DNA of 63,454 bases, filler included, from Octopus bimaculoides (GCF_001194135.2; 6 parts of 6 records of this genome joined end to end with filler, not necessarily neighbours in it), one strand, 5' to 3'. Positions 11,100 to 24,702 are shown, numbered from the whole stretch's first letter. The notes: generated by a model not told the origin, from the sequence alone. Numbers and translations are program-made.

Positions 11100-11460
11100 A
11101 TCGTTGTCCAGTTTTATTTCGAAATTTCTTACCAATAGAGAAAGAACTGGTTTCTAACCTAGATCCAAGGCTCCTTCATTGGAATTTCAACATCAACAAC
11201 AGGGTATTCTTGTTTGTGTGTATATATGTATGTATGCATGCATGCATGTATGTATGTATGTATGTATGTATGTATGTGTGTGTATGTATGTATTATGTAT
11301 GTATGTATGTGTGTATGTATGTATGTATGTATGTATGCAGATTTGCACATGCACTGTTTTATGTATATATTCTCATGCATATAGCTGCATATCTAGACAT
11401 GCTCATATATATTTAAATGATAAACTTCTGGAAACTTTCACAGAGCTTTTACAGTTCCAG
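11100..11460 (+). repeat. Dispersed repeat with internal (TATG)n; inverted homolog at about 23905-24115
   Basis: Shared TTTCTAACCTA(G)ATCCAAGG.TCCTTCATTGGAATTTCAACA and GCATATCTAGA.ATGCTCATATAT segments. Confidence 0.75.
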
Positions 11461-12106
11461 TGATGGCTTAGGTCTGTAGTCTTCGAATTAGCTTTTTCCT
11501 TTTTGGTTTTGAGGCGCCTAATTTCTCAAGATTGGTATTTAGGCAATATGTTACATATCCCAGGGCCACAATAATTAAAGTTATAAATCTTAACTCGTAA
11601 TCGGGATAGAGTAACTGCAGATTTCTCAATAGTTCGGCGTATGTATGTATTTAATTCAACATGTGAAACTGCTAATCAAGATACGTTTGCTCTCTTACCG
11701 ATTTCTTTTCCTTCTCCATTGATTTCTTTATTCGTTCCTTTTTGCCAAAGAACATAGACATGACACCTTGTTTGTTGTTACCTCTCCTGTCACAGTCTTT
11801 TTTTTCTTCATTTTATTTTTCGTACAATTAAGAAAACTAGGGAGCGGAGACATAAGAAGGGAAATGAAAAATAAAACGAAATAGAAAGTAATTTATTTTT
11901 ACAAACCTTCGTTATCAACTCTGTGCAAAACGGAATGTTGCTAACGAGAAATTGCAACAACCAGAAGCGGAAGAATGAGATTGACAGTTAGAATCCATTT
12001 AGAATACAATATACCAGAACGAGCGCCGCTAGCAACTGTAAGATAAAAAAATGTTTGTGTCAAGGAAAGTGTTTGATCTGAATATTTGAATGAAAATTTA
12101 CGGCCA

Positions 12107-12206
12107 NNNNNNNNNNNNNNNNNNNNNNNNNNNNNNNNNNNNNNNNNNNNTTAATTAATTAANNNNNNNNNNNNNNNNNNNNNNNNNNNNNNNNNNNNNN
12201 NNNNNN
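12107..12206. other. Artificial assembly linker (44N-TTAATTAATTAA-44N)
   Basis: Exactly 100 nt. The palindromic core gives stop codons in all six frames. Confidence 0.95.
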
Positions 12207-13095
12207 CCCCCCGCTGAATGGTCATCTTTGGCAAGTTACTTGGTGACTGTAGTGTTGCTGGTGCCTCATAAAAAGCATCCAGTACACCTTGTGGTTGGCA
12301 ATTTCCAGCTCTGTGGGAACCATGCTAAAGTAGATAACAGGCCTTAGGGCAGTCTTCTAACTTGCCACTTCCTGTCAAATTGTCCTACGCATGCCAGCAT
12401 GAAAACAGATGTTAAGTAGTGATGATCTCTCACACACACTTGATGGGAAAACAGAGATCAAGTGAGCTTTTGCCTTTTTGCTCAACATGTGGTCTCCATC
12501 CACACTGAGCTTACTTTGGGACACCTGCATTACCATTTGACAGATGTAACACCCCAGTCAATCTCCTCAACCAACACTGTTCTCGACTGAGGGTCATGCA
12601 TCAGCTGCATTGGCACCTATCAAGGCGCTTGGCATGCACCATGCACCATGCACTTCACACCAGATATCAGAAGAGGAGCAGCCCATTTCACCCATTCCAG
12701 GTTCAAGAGTGGATATCGAGGCCATCAAGAATATGACGGAGATCATTCAGTAGATGTACAATAATGATGGTAGTGTTAGTAGGGGTGGAAGAGTGGTTAA
12801 GGTGGTAGTGGTAGCAACTATAGAACTCAGCGCTTTTATCATTGTAGAATTATATCTGAGCTGGAAATTCTATCCATCGATCTACCTATTATATCTCTGT
12901 AGTGTGCCATAACCATTTGTTATTTCTGTCTGTTTGTCATTTCTGCAATTACACCAATCCATTTGTCCATCAATATATCTATTTATTACACCTGCTGATT
13001 CTTCGCTTCTACCAATCTATTATCTCTAATTGTTCATCAACTTTTCCTTTCTCTTCTGATCTCCTACTATCTTTTGTTTTCCTTCTTCCCTGCAG

Positions 13096-13210
13096 GGCAA
13101 GCTTGGTGAGCTGCTTCTCTCGCTTTGCTACCAACCAGCAGTGGGTCGACTCATTATTGAAGTGAAGAAGGCTAAAGATCTCAAAGCTAAAGATATCACT
13201 GGAACCTCAG
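13096..13210 (+). CDS. SYT7: Synaptotagmin (Syt7-like) exon, start of the C2B domain: GKLGELLLSLCYQPAVGRLIIEVKKAKDLKAKDITGTS(D)
   Basis: Acceptor CTTCCCTGCAG| and donor CAG|GTAAGA, phase 0-1. Matches the GELLLSLCY.P......V...KA..LKA.DI.GTSD pattern of Syt7 C2B, recalled from memory. Family is secure, paralog less so. Not in the ORF track. Confidence 0.85.
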
Positions 13211-13384
13211 GTAAGAAACAATAAAAATAATCACTATTGGAAAGGTTACAAGATGCAACAAAAGTTTCAGAAAAAATAAATAAGTAAATGAGTGGAAATC
13301 GAACCAGTGAGTGTGTTACATACGTAATAAGGCACTAAAAGAGAATGACCCTCCCCGGACACAATAAAGTAATAATAATCTTTT

Positions 13385-13545
13385 CCACTAAAGGCACAAG
13401 GCCTGAAATTTTGGTGGGAGGGGGCTTGTCGATCAAATCAACCCCAGTGTTTTACTGGTACTTAATTTATCGACCCTGAAAGAATGAAAGGTAAAATCAA
13501 CGTTGGCAGAATTGAACTCAGAACATAAAGACAGATGAAATACTG
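13385..13545 (-). mobile_element. SINE family B copy
   Basis: Shared core sequence. Confidence 0.75.
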
Positions 13546-14654
13546 TTCTATATTTAAGAGATGAGGAATTATGTACNNNNNNNNNNNNNNNNNNNNNNNN
13601 NNNNNNNNNNNNNNNNNNNNNNNNNNNNNNNNNNNNNNNNNNNNNNNNNNNNNNNNNNNNNNNNNNNNNNNNNNNNNNNNNNNNNNNNNNNNNNNNNNNN
13701 NNNNNNNNNNNNNNNNNNNNNNNNNNNNNNNNNNNNNNNNNNNNNNNNNNNNNNNNNNNNNNNNNNNNNNNNNNNNNNNNNNNNNNNNNNNNNNNNNNNN
13801 NNNNNNNNNNNNNNNNNNNNNNNNNNNNNNNNNNNNNNNNNNNNNNNNNNNNTATATATATACCCATGAGCATATGGTGTAGTGGTTAAGAGCACAGGCT
13901 ACTAACCCCAAGATTCCAAGTTCGATTCCAGACGGTGATCTGAATAATAATAATAATAATAATGATAATAATAATGGTTTCAAATTTTGGCTCAAGGCCA
14001 ACAATTTCAGGGCTGGGTAAATTGATTACATCAACTTCAGAGCTCAACTGGTACTATTTTATCAATCCCAAGAGGATGGAAGGCAAAATTATCCCCAGCG
14101 GTAGTATTATTAAAATAGCATTTTGTGTATCTTACTTGAATATATATATTCTGAGGAAAGCCACACGGCAGTGATATTCATCTCAAGAAAGCTTCACATA
14201 TAGATGCATAGTGCTGAGGAGCACAGAAACACAGTGGAAACTGGCAAGAAGTTTCCTCACTACTGCTGGACAATTCTCATCTGCTGATGATACGCTTCTG
14301 TACTTTTTAGCACGACACATGACTATGAGAAGCTTAATTACTACAATTAGAACACATCACCTGAAATATGATGTAGGAATATTCTAAATACCATAGATAT
14401 TGATGAAGCCCTGGTTGCGTTTTCGCAATGCAAAACCTGCTCCTACTTGTTTGGACTTGAACTAGCCAGGAAGCATCTGATTGAGCATATGAAATGCTCA
14501 GTAGGTAGTCGAAACCTGTAGCTAACAGTTGCATACTGTCCTTCTCTTCCAGATTGTGAAAGCTTACCATAACGTTTAATTTAAATACAGTGAAATTTTA
14601 AGACTTCATTTTTTTATGGGCATATATGGGTTAAAACAATGATAATAATAATCC

Positions 14655-14850
14655 TTTTTACTAAAGGCAGTAGGCCTGAAATTTTGGGGGAGGGGATAAG
14701 TTGATTACAGGTACTTATTTTATTGATCCTTGAAGAGATAAAAGGCAAAATCAACCTCTGCGGGATTTGAACTCAGAATGTAAAGATGGATGTAATGGAT
14801 GAAGCATTTTGCCCTGCATGCTCATGATTTGGCCAGCTTGCCATCTTAAA
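14655..14850 (-). mobile_element. SINE family B copy (diverged)
   Basis: Shared core sequence. Confidence 0.7.
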
Positions 14851-15599
14851 CTGGTGCATTCAAACAAAGTCCTTAGCAGTATTTGTTCCACCCAAGTTGG
14901 AAACATGATCTAAAACAAAATAAGTAAATAAACATTGAACCGAGATGGGGTTCCATTTGTGTGGGATGCTGAGTTGAAGGAGCTAGCCTCATAGCTGCAA
15001 GCGAATGGCTAATGATTTTGTGAAGATAAAATGATAAATTAGCAGGAACTAATTTGAAAAGATAACATGACAGGTGTTCTGTATTGGAATTGGTAAGTCA
15101 GTCACCCAGTAAATACTAGATATATTGTTCAAATCTCACCAGTTTCTCGTCTCTGTCTCAAAATTGGGTTTATAATGTTTTGAGAGATAACTCCTATTTT
15201 TGATGCCAAAATGTTTGGCTAGATCAACTGGACAGAGAACTTAAAATGTCAATATCCAGCTGGAATAATTATGATGAACTCTCAGTCAATTCTAGCTCTA
15301 TTTTTTAGTGTGAAGCTGTGCAGTTTTTCTAATCTCAACCAAGAAGAGCAAGCCATCAGAATCATTTTTGCTTTGGACAAAATGTTTAGTGGCATTTCAT
15401 CTGGATTTAATGTTCTCAGTTCAAATACCACTGAGATCAACTTTGCCTTTCATCCTTTTGGGGGTCAATAAAATAAGAACCAGTTGAGCAATGGTAAGTC
15501 CTGGGTTTGATACAATTAACGAAGTCCTGGTCTACAGATTTCAGGCCTTGTGCTTATCATAGAAAGTGGAAGGAATTATGAAAGCCTCTTCTTCTTCTC

Positions 15600-15930
15600 A
15601 TCATCATCATTTAACGTCCATTGTCCATGCTGGCATGGGTTGGACGGTTTGACTACTGCTGGAAGGCTGCACCAGACTCCAGTCTGATTTGGCATGGTTT
15701 CTATGGCTGGATGCCCTTCCTAATGCCAACCACTCCGTGAGTGTAATGGGTGTTTTTATGTACCACTGGCATGGCTGCCATTTGTGTGACACCAGTATCT
15801 GCCATGACTACGGTTTCATTAGGCTTGATGGGTCTTCTTCTCTAGCACAGCATAATGCCAAAGGTCTCGGTCATTTGACGTTGCCTCCATGAGGCCCAAC
15901 ACTCGAAAGGTGCTTTTTACACACCACCAG
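15600..15930. mobile_element. Dispersed repeat family D with a (CAT)n end (…CCATGCTGGCATGGGTTGGACGGTTTGAC…GGATGCCCTTCCTAATGCCAACCAC…), probably LINE-tail derived
   Basis: Homologous copies at about 39478-39615, 61280-61590 and 62580-62775, and more weakly at 12230-12420 and 18150-18260. Confidence 0.7.
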
Positions 15931-16589
15931 CATCAACCAAAAAATTGCTAACACCATCCTTGATACAGAAATAACATCAATGGATTTGATTTAACGTTCA
16001 CCCCCAGCTCTGTAGTAGATGCTGATGAGATTTAATCCACTGATATTGCTACCAATATGGATTTCCTGGACATCCTTTCAATGTCATCAGATCACAATCA
16101 ATGTTTGGTCACTTCTCTGACTATGATTATGTTCTTGTCATGACATTTTCATGTGAAAACACAAAAGTGATTCCCTGCTGTTGCAGTCCTTTGGGTACCT
16201 TTTACAAGATATTCTTTGTCTGCTAGATAGACAAAGTGTGTGGTAAGAAGTTTGCTTCCCAACCACATAGTTCTTTGTTTGGTCATTCCTCTATGTGGCA
16301 CCGTCAGTCAATGTCTTCTGCTATAACATCCTGGACCAACTAAAGCCTTGTGAGGAGATTTGGTAAACAGAAACTGAAAGAGGTTTACTTTGCCTTTCAT
16401 TCTTTTGGGGTCGATAAATTAAGTACCAGTTACACACTGGGGTCGATGTAATCGACTTAATCCCTTGTTTGTCCCCTCTATGTATAGCCCTTATGTTTAG
16501 AACCAGACACTCCCCTAATCTGTGTCTGGTTCTTTTAAGATATGAAATCCATGCCATATTAACTGACACGTTTCCGAAACGGCCCGTAG

Positions 16590-17228
16590 ATGAAACTAGT
16601 GGATCCATTGAACATTGTCTCTAATTTGAGTATGTCCGTTTAATGCTGTAAAATGTCTCACTTTCCACTTTCCACTCGCATTGTGTTGTAACTTGAAATC
16701 TTTAGTCCTTATAACACATCCTATGAACTTATAATTTACTATATCCTATTTCATATCAACGTATTCTATTTTGAAATGCCTATGTATTCATAAATGTTCT
16801 TATATATTTTTAAATATCTAAGTGTTTTAAATATTCTACGTGCTTGTATTCTGACCTCTAAATTCTAATTCCTCTATAGTATATCGTGTGAATTTATAAC
16901 TCACTATGTCTTATATAATATCGACCTTTTTGTATCTTATGTTTATATTTTGTACTTATTTTACTTATATATTTTTTAAAATGCCTTTGTATTTATAAAT
17001 GTTTTAAAATATTTTTGGATATTTCCGGGCTTATAAAAATATGTATATGTCTATATGCTTGTATCTTATTAATACTTCTGTTATGTTGAGCTGTATGCCG
17101 CTTTAATAATGTCGAAGTGTGCATATATATTGAATATTCTGCTGAGTCATGTTCCTCTAGTTTCCACTCGTATTGCCTCCACTCGAATTATAAATTGGAA
17201 CTTAGCTCAATTTGAGCACTTCGAGTCT
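16590..17228. mobile_element. AT-rich dispersed repeat, possibly derived from a Penelope-like 3' region (homolog at about 30700-31020)
   Basis: Shared ATGTTCCTCTAGTTTCC.CT.GTATTGCCTCCA.T...ATTA.....GGAA..TAGCTCA.TT.GAGCA between 17150-17220 and 30930-31000. The classification is inference. Confidence 0.45.
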
Positions 17229-18279
17229 NNNNNNNNNNNNNNNNNNNNNNNNNNNNNNNNNNNNNNNNNNNNNNNNNNNNNNNNNNNNNNNNNNNNNNNN
17301 NNNNNNNNNNNNNNNNNNNNNNNNNNNNNNNNNNNNNNNNNNNNNNNNNNNNNNNNNNNNNNNNNNNNNNNNNNNNNNNNNNNNNNNNNNNNNNNNNNNN
17401 NNNNNNNNNNNNNNNNNNNNNNNNNNNNNNNNNNNNNNNNNNNNNNNNNNNNNNNNNNNNNNNNNNNNNNNNNNNNNNNNNNNNNNNNNNNNNNNNNNNN
17501 NNNNNNNNNNNNNNNNNNNNNNNNNNNNNNNNNNNNNNNNNNNNNNNNNNNNNNNNNNNNNNNNNNNNNNNNNNNNNNNNNNNNNNNNNNNNNNNNNNNN
17601 NNNNNNNNNNNNNNNNNNNNNNNNNNNNNNNNNNNNNNNNNNNNNNNNNNNNNNNNNNNNNNNNNNNNNNNNNNNNNNNATATATATATATATATATATA
17701 TATACATACATACATACATATAAAAATAATAAATAAAGAGATTCAATTGACAATTCAATAATTTATTCATATTATAATATACTATGAATATGATAAAGAT
17801 AACAAAAAATATAGGTAAATCAAAAATCAAAAACAAAAACAGGAAAAACAGCAAAAATCAAAAAGGACATACACAGTGAATCTATTAGGTTAATGCTTAG
17901 AGCAAGATTAAGGTGGAAAAAGGAGGGAGTGTGATGTTTCAGGCATGGCTCTTTGTCAGGAAGAGGAAAGCTCCAGGAAGAGGAAAGCTCCAGGAAGAAG
18001 GAAAAGAATAGTCTGAGGAATACACGTGAGCATGCATGAGTGTGTGTGTTTGTGTCTCCTTGTCTTGACATCACATTATAGTCATTAATGAGTGTCACTT
18101 TTCATACAGGCAGTATCATTTATGTCCAATATTTTGTGAGACTATGTCTTCCTTGGAAAGAGGTAAGGGTTGGCAACAGGAAAGCATCCAGCTAAAGAAA
18201 ACCTGCCTTGATAACCACCATCAAACCCATGCAAGCATGGAAAAGTGGAAGTTAAATGATAATTATTTTAAATTTTTGC

Positions 18280-18478
18280 CATAAGGGCAGCCTGGGAGGT
18301 GGGGATGAATCGATTACATCGACCCCAGTGTTCAACTGGTACTTATTTTATTGACCCTGAAAGGATGAAAGGCAAAGTCAACCTTGGCGAAATTTGAACT
18401 CTGAACATAGCAATGGGTGAAGTACCACTAAGCATTTCGTCCAGCATACTAACAACTCTGCCAGCTCATCACCTTTAG
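18280..18478 (-). mobile_element. SINE family B copy
   Basis: Shared core sequence. Confidence 0.75.
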
Positions 18479-20868
18479 AAGTTAAATTATAATGATGATG
18501 AAAGAAAAGTAGACAGACAGACAGACAAGCACACCACATCTGCCTGGGTCCAGAAAATGAAAAGAGCTCAAAGAACAAACCGTTTTGTCAAATGCTCTAA
18601 CAATCCTGCTTGTTCATTAACTTGGATTGATAATTCATTTTAATGCCTGGAAGGGGAAAAATAAAGTTAACCTCAACAACATTGAACTCAGAATGCAAAA
18701 ACCCAAAATAAATACCATAAGGCATCAACTAATTTACCCACCTCATTTTACCCCTGCCCCTCCAAAATATAGGGAGCAGTCACATGACCAGCAAACTTTC
18801 AAGAAGCAACTCATTACAGCCATTGACCCTTCTGTTACCATATTTCTGCTGATATGTTCTGTCTTTGTTTTGGTTAATTTTGAAAATATTGAAGAATTTA
18901 GTAAAATAANNNNNNNNNNNNNNNNNNNNNNNNNNNNNNNNNNNNNNNNNNNNNNNNNNNNNNNNNNNNNNNNNNNNNNNNNNNNNNNNNNNNNNNNNNN
19001 NNNNNNNNNNNNNNNNNNNNNNNNNNNNNNNNNNNNNNNNNNNNNNNNNNNNNNNNNNNNNNNNNNNNNNNNNNNNNNNNNNNNNNNNNNNNNNNNNNNN
19101 NNNNNNNNNNNNNNNNNNNNNNNNNNNNNNNNNNNNNNNNNNNNNNNNNNNNNNNNNNNNNNNNNNNNNNNNNNNNNNNNNNNNNNNNNNNNNNNNNNNN
19201 NNNNNNNNNNNNNNNNNNNNNNNNNNNNNNNNNNNNNNNNNNNNNNNNNNNNNNNNNNNNNNNNNNNNNNNNNNNNNNNNNNNNNNNNNNNNNNNNNNNN
19301 NNNNNNNNNNNNNNNNNNNNNNNNNNNNNNNNNNNNNNNTGTAATCAATTTAACCCCTCCCCCAAAATGTCAGGCCTTGTGCCTATATTAGAAAGGATTA
19401 TTAATCTGGTGTTTTTAAAACATAAATTAACAGGAAATGTTAATGAAGGGTTTTAAACTGACTGGCACTCTGTCGGTTAGAATGGTAAGGGTTCCAGTTG
19501 AATTGATCAATGGAACAGCCTCCTCATGAAATGAACGTGTAAGCGGCTGGCCACTCTACAGACACACATACCCTTAACATGGCTCTTGGAGATTGAGCGT
19601 GACACAGGATGTGTCAAGGCTGACCCTTTGAATTACAGGAGCTACTCGTTTTTGCCGGCTCTTGCTTTAATTAGTTTTGAAAATAATAAAGAATTCATTA
19701 AAATAACTCTGTCGTTATCAATTTAGTGTTTGCAACATAAATTAGTGTGAAATTTTGATGGAAGGTTTTAATTTGGAACATTTTAAAACAGGGAAGTCTA
19801 TATCACGGAACCAGGGGTTCAATCTCAGGTGACTTGGGGTCAAAACAGTTAATCCATACCCTTCTATTTTGCAACACATCAGCATTACCAGTGGTGATTG
19901 ATGTTGGGGGTGGGGGTGGTGATTGTGGTAGGCATGGCAATGATGGCGGTCATGATGACAATTGCAATGATATTTATGATGATGATGATGTTGATGATGA
20001 TGATGATGAGAAAAGTCACTGTTAGGATGATGATAGTGATCATGATAGTTTGCAATGATAGTGATGACGATGACGCTAGTGTCAAAGATGACGTTATCAG
20101 TTCTGTACCGGTATTCCATGATTTTATATGCTGGTGATGATATCTCAGTTATCAAATTATCAATATTACTCCGGCTGCATGCTCATTATGATATCCTATA
20201 TATCAGTGAACATGGCATGTAAAACGGCATACAATGATGACAATGACATATCAATTAAGTTATAGATTATTTTATGCCTGATATAACAATTATCTGCTGT
20301 TGTTTATTTAAATAATAAATCATGTTTCTGTAATAATCTTCAATTTATCAATGACACCAAATTGGTAGAGTTGTTAGAGCCTTGCTTCATGGTATTCATT
20401 GTGAATCTCTACACCACGAGTTCAAACCCTAGTGATGTCACCTTTGTCGTTTGTTCTTTATAAAGTTGATAAAAAGGTACTGTGGATTGGTAGAACTGTT
20501 AGATAGTTGGGTAAGATGCCTTGTGGTATTTCTTCTGGTTCTTTACATTCTGACAACAATGGTATTTATGACACAAATTTCGATCTCTCTTGGCCCAAGT
20601 CCGTAGTCTTTCTCTTGGATAAACATCAGTTATGTGGATAAGACAAAGTTGTCTGCATGGGGTAGTAGCCAACTTACCTCAACGCTTGTCCAGGTTTGCA
20701 CATATATGTGCAGATGCAAGTTCAATCTTGACCAATGGAGGCCCTGGGTAGCTATCTAAATATCTATTTGTCTCTCTGTCTATCTATCTATCTATCCATC
20801 CATCTATCTATCTGTCTGTCTATTTATTTATCTATCCATCTATCCATCCATTCATCCATCCATCTCTA

Positions 20869-20959
<91 letters not shown>

Positions 20960-20967
20960 GCACATAT

Positions 20968-21127
20968 ACAAGTGTTGCTGAGTGCTAAGAAGCTTGCTTT
21001 CCTTCCACATGGTTCTGGGTTCAGTCCCACTGCATGGTACCTTGGGCAAGTGTCTTCTACTATAGCCCCAGGCCAACTAAAGCCTTGTAAATGTATTTGG
21101 TAGATGGAAACTGAAAGAAGCCCACTC

Positions 21128-21164
<37 letters not shown>

Positions 21165-21381
21165 TTGTGTCTATGCTTGTTGACCCCACCACTACTTGAC
21201 AACTAGTATTGGTATGTTTACATCCCCATAACTTAGCAGTTCGGCAAGAGAGACGAATAGAATAAGTACCAGACTTAACAAAGAATAAGTACTGGGGTTG
21301 ATTCATTCAGCTAAAAATTCTTCAAGGAGGTGCCCCAGCATGGCCACACTTCAGTGACTGAAACAAGTAAAACATAAAAGA
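20968..21381 (+). mobile_element. SINE family A copy
   Basis: Homologous to 22686-23082. Confidence 0.8.
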
Positions 21382-21459
21382 TAAATACATCCATATGTAT
21401 ACATACATACATACATAAATACATGCGTACATTTATTGTCTATTATTACTATACTTGTA

Positions 21460-21672
21460 AGGCAGCGAGCTGGCAGAATCATTAGCACGCTGGGCGAAAT
21501 GCTTAACAGTATTTCGTCTGTCTTTACATTCTGAGTTCAAATTCCACACAGGTCGACTTTGCCTTTCATCCTTCCGGGGTCAATAAATTAAGTACCAGTT
21601 GCATACTGGATCGATCTCATCAACTGGCCCCCTACCCCAAAATTTCAGGCCTTGTGCCTAGAGTAGAAAAGA
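21460..21672 (+). mobile_element. SINE family B, near full length
   Basis: AGGCAGCGAGCTGGCAGAATC head, B-box-like GAGTTCAAATT, and tail GGCCTTGTGCCTAGAGTAGAAAAG. Confidence 0.85.
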
Positions 21673-22685
21673 TTATTACTGGGCCCTATAATTTCACTCT
21701 ACTAGAACTTAGTAAAAAAAGTCTTTTTATTTTTCTTATTTTTGTATTTCTTATTCATCTATTCCCAATGAGCATTCACTGACTAACACTACAAATTTTA
21801 AAATTCTAATTAGTGTTATTGGCATCTATTTCTAGCACCACTGTCTAAATTTCCCCTCACCTCTCTGTACTTAGGGCTATAATTTGAGAACTTCATTATC
21901 TTTTACAGCTATTTATTACTATCTTAACCCTCACTCCCATTCTTATGAGTATATAAACAGTTTGGCTAGTTGTTTCTCTGGAGGCTGTCAGAATGATGTG
22001 GACACCTCTGACCAGAACCCAATATGGTTCGAGAATCAATTAAGGTTGTTCGTTGTTTTTCAGTATATGGAGAAATGGCTAAAATGTGCCGTTTATAATT
22101 ATACCATAGGTTACTTCTCTAATGACTCTAGCCAACCCCCAGTGGTCAATCTTGAAATGAAAGTATCTGACATCTGCTGTTTTCCATCTCATATTTTTCT
22201 GTCTGTGTGTGTGTATATATCTCCTAACCTCTTTCGCCAAACACAGCCTCGCTATACTGACCAGTCTCTATCTCCTCTCATGCATCTACCATTCTATCTT
22301 TCTTTCACACTGTATCATATTATTCCTACTCAATCCTAATTCACTCTCTAGTCAAAAATGGAACTGGTAACTTCCATTATCCTTTGCCATGGATTATCAT
22401 TAAATATTCACCTTTGAAACTGCTAATGGACCTTACACATAACTTTATCATTTATTCAACCATGGAATGCATCTATTTTTCATTCTGATTCTAACTTCAT
22501 TTTTCAACAAACTTCAAAGTACTGATATCCACAACTGGGGATATTCTTCATTTTGATACTCTCTGACTTCTCTACCTCTGATGACAGAATACTTACCTCA
22601 TATATCCTGACTCAGTGTCATGATCTGCATGCTTACCTATTCTAGAAACAGCTTTAAGAGATTCTATAAGTTTATATTCTCTATA

Positions 22686-23082
22686 GGCGCAGGAGTGACT
22701 GTGTGGTAAGTAGCTTGCTTACCAACTACATGGTTCCAGGTTCAGTCCCACTGTGTGGCACCTTGGGCAAGTGTCTTCTATAGCTTCGGGCCGACCAAAG
22801 CCTTGTGAGTGGATTTGGTAGGCGGAAACTGAAAGAATCACGTCGTATATATGTATATGTATATATGTGTGTGTTTGTGTGTCTGTGTTTGTCCCTCCAA
22901 CATCGCTTGACAACTGAAGCTGGTGTGTTTACGTCCTAGTAACTTAGCGGTTCGGCAAAAGAGACTGATAGAATAAGTACTAGGCATCCAAAGAATAAGT
23001 CCTGGGGTCGATTTGCCTGACTAAAGGTGATGCTCCAGCATGGCCACAGTCAAATGACTGAAACAAGTAAAAGAGTAAAAGA
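22686..23082 (+). mobile_element. tRNA-derived SINE, family A, near full length, with an internal microsatellite
   Basis: Head GGCGCAGGAGTGACTGTGTGGTAAG...GGTTCAGTCCCACTG and tail GCTCCAGCATGGCCACAGTCAAATGACTGAAACAAGTAAAAGAG. Many copies in the window. Confidence 0.85.
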
Positions 23083-23843
23083 ATCTATCTAAATTAAATA
23101 TTTACAAGTACCAATTTGTCCTCTGTGTACTCTCTTTCTCTATTGTCTCTCTCTGTCTCTCACTCCCTCCTTCCTCTCTCTCCCCTTCCCCTCTCTCCAC
23201 ACCCTCAATTAATCTTATATTTCCGCAAGCATATCTTTACACACACACATGAAAATCATCCACACGAAATTATATTGTCTTGTGGTTTGGTATGCCATCG
23301 TGTATCACCTGAGGTGTGGGCCTTCAACCAGAGCTCCAGTGAACACCAGTCTTTCTGGGTAGACAGAAACTGCACAAAATCCTGTCAGAAAGAAAGTACC
23401 TGGTTTTGGGGATGGCCAGGGAGGATCTGTAAGTTGTTCCATTTTTCTCGCACCACAAAACGGTAAGCTGCAGAATCAAAAGCTCACCAGACAAAATGCT
23501 TAGTGATATTCCTTTCAATTCTGGTTTCAAACACAACCATAGTCATCTTTGCCTTTCATCATTTCAAGGTCAATAAAATGAATACCAATCAAGCAAAGGG
23601 GTCAATGTAGACATCTAGCCTCCTCCCCTAAATTTCAAGGTCTTGTACCTATAGTAGGAATAATTTATCTACCACATGTGACTCGCACTTCACTCTGGTG
23701 CAAGACATTCCATTGCAAGTATTTGGATAAAATCTCCATTTGCTAACAAAGGAATAATTCTATGTGAGCATGTGTGTGTATATACATACATACATACATA
23801 CATAGAGAGAGCTAGATAGATAGATAGATACATACATACATAC

Positions 23844-23882
<39 letters not shown>

Positions 23883-24139
23883 GAGAGATACATACATACA
23901 TACATAAAAAACTTTCTAGAAGTTTATCATTGAAATACATATATGAGCATATCTAGATATGCAACTAAATGCTTGATAATACATACATAAAACATACAAA
24001 TCTGCACATATGTACATACATACCCTGTTGAAATTCCAATGAAGGAACCTTGGATTAGGTTAGAAACTAGCTCTTTGTCTATAGGCAAGAAATCTTGAAA
24101 TAAACTGAATAATGACATACATACATACATATATATATA

Positions 24140-24435
24140 TATGAACTAAAAGGTGGTCTATATAGAGATGATGCTTTATTCATCATCCCTAGTAATAGCA
24201 ACTCATTCATTGAGAGAATAAGAAAGAAAATCAGAAAATTTTTTAAAAGTTTTAACTTAGACATTACTTATGAATATGGTAATAAAATTGTAAATTTCTT
24301 AGATACCACTCTCAACATAGAAACTAGATTATACCACCCATATAGAAAAGAAAATGAAACTACTAGATATGTAAGTAGATTATCCAATCATCCACCTAAT
24401 GTATTAAATTCTTTAGTTAATAATATTTCTGAAAG
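24140..24435 (+). mobile_element. Penelope-like element reverse transcriptase fragment (stop-free, cut by a linker)
   Basis: Frame reads YELKGGLYRDDALFII...KIVNFLDTTLNIETRLYHPYRKENETTRYVSRLSNHPPNVLNSLVNNISE. GLYRDD, FLD and SNHPP motifs typify PLE RTs. Absent from the ORF track. Confidence 0.85.
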
Positions 24436-24535
24436 NNNNNNNNNNNNNNNNNNNNNNNNNNNNNNNNNNNNNNNNNNNNTTAATTAATTAANNNNNNNNN
24501 NNNNNNNNNNNNNNNNNNNNNNNNNNNNNNNNNNN
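24436..24535. other. Artificial assembly linker
   Basis: Same 44N-TTAATTAATTAA-44N structure. Confidence 0.95.
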
Positions 24536-24570
<35 letters not shown>

Positions 24571-24702
24571 TAATAATAATAATAATAATAATTTCGAAAT
24601 TTCAAGTTATTAAGCAATGACTTCGAAAGAAAACACGATGGCTTCTCTGGTCAAATTCTTTTTCACTATATCAATGATTGTCAGTAACAGAAACTCACAA
24701 AC

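Noticed and set aside
13868-13935. tRNA-like sequence (GGTGTAGTGGTTAAGAGC...GTTCGATTCC)
   Set aside because: The acceptor stem does not pair and it is followed by (AAT)n. This is a SINE head, as are the other A/B-box sequences. No true tRNA gene was called.
19742-20155. His-rich 137-aa ORF
   Set aside because: A degenerate (GAT/CAT)n simple repeat that is open in several frames, with no splice or domain support.
20677-20756. Strong minus-strand donor GAG|GTAAGT with a short upstream frame
   Set aside because: No polypyrimidine tract (the acceptor side is ATAG microsatellite) and no recognisable peptide.
23395-23470. Possible minus-strand exon (TTCTGCAG|...CAG|GTACTT)
   Set aside because: Open in all three frames with no recognisable motif, and it does not continue the SLC5 protein.
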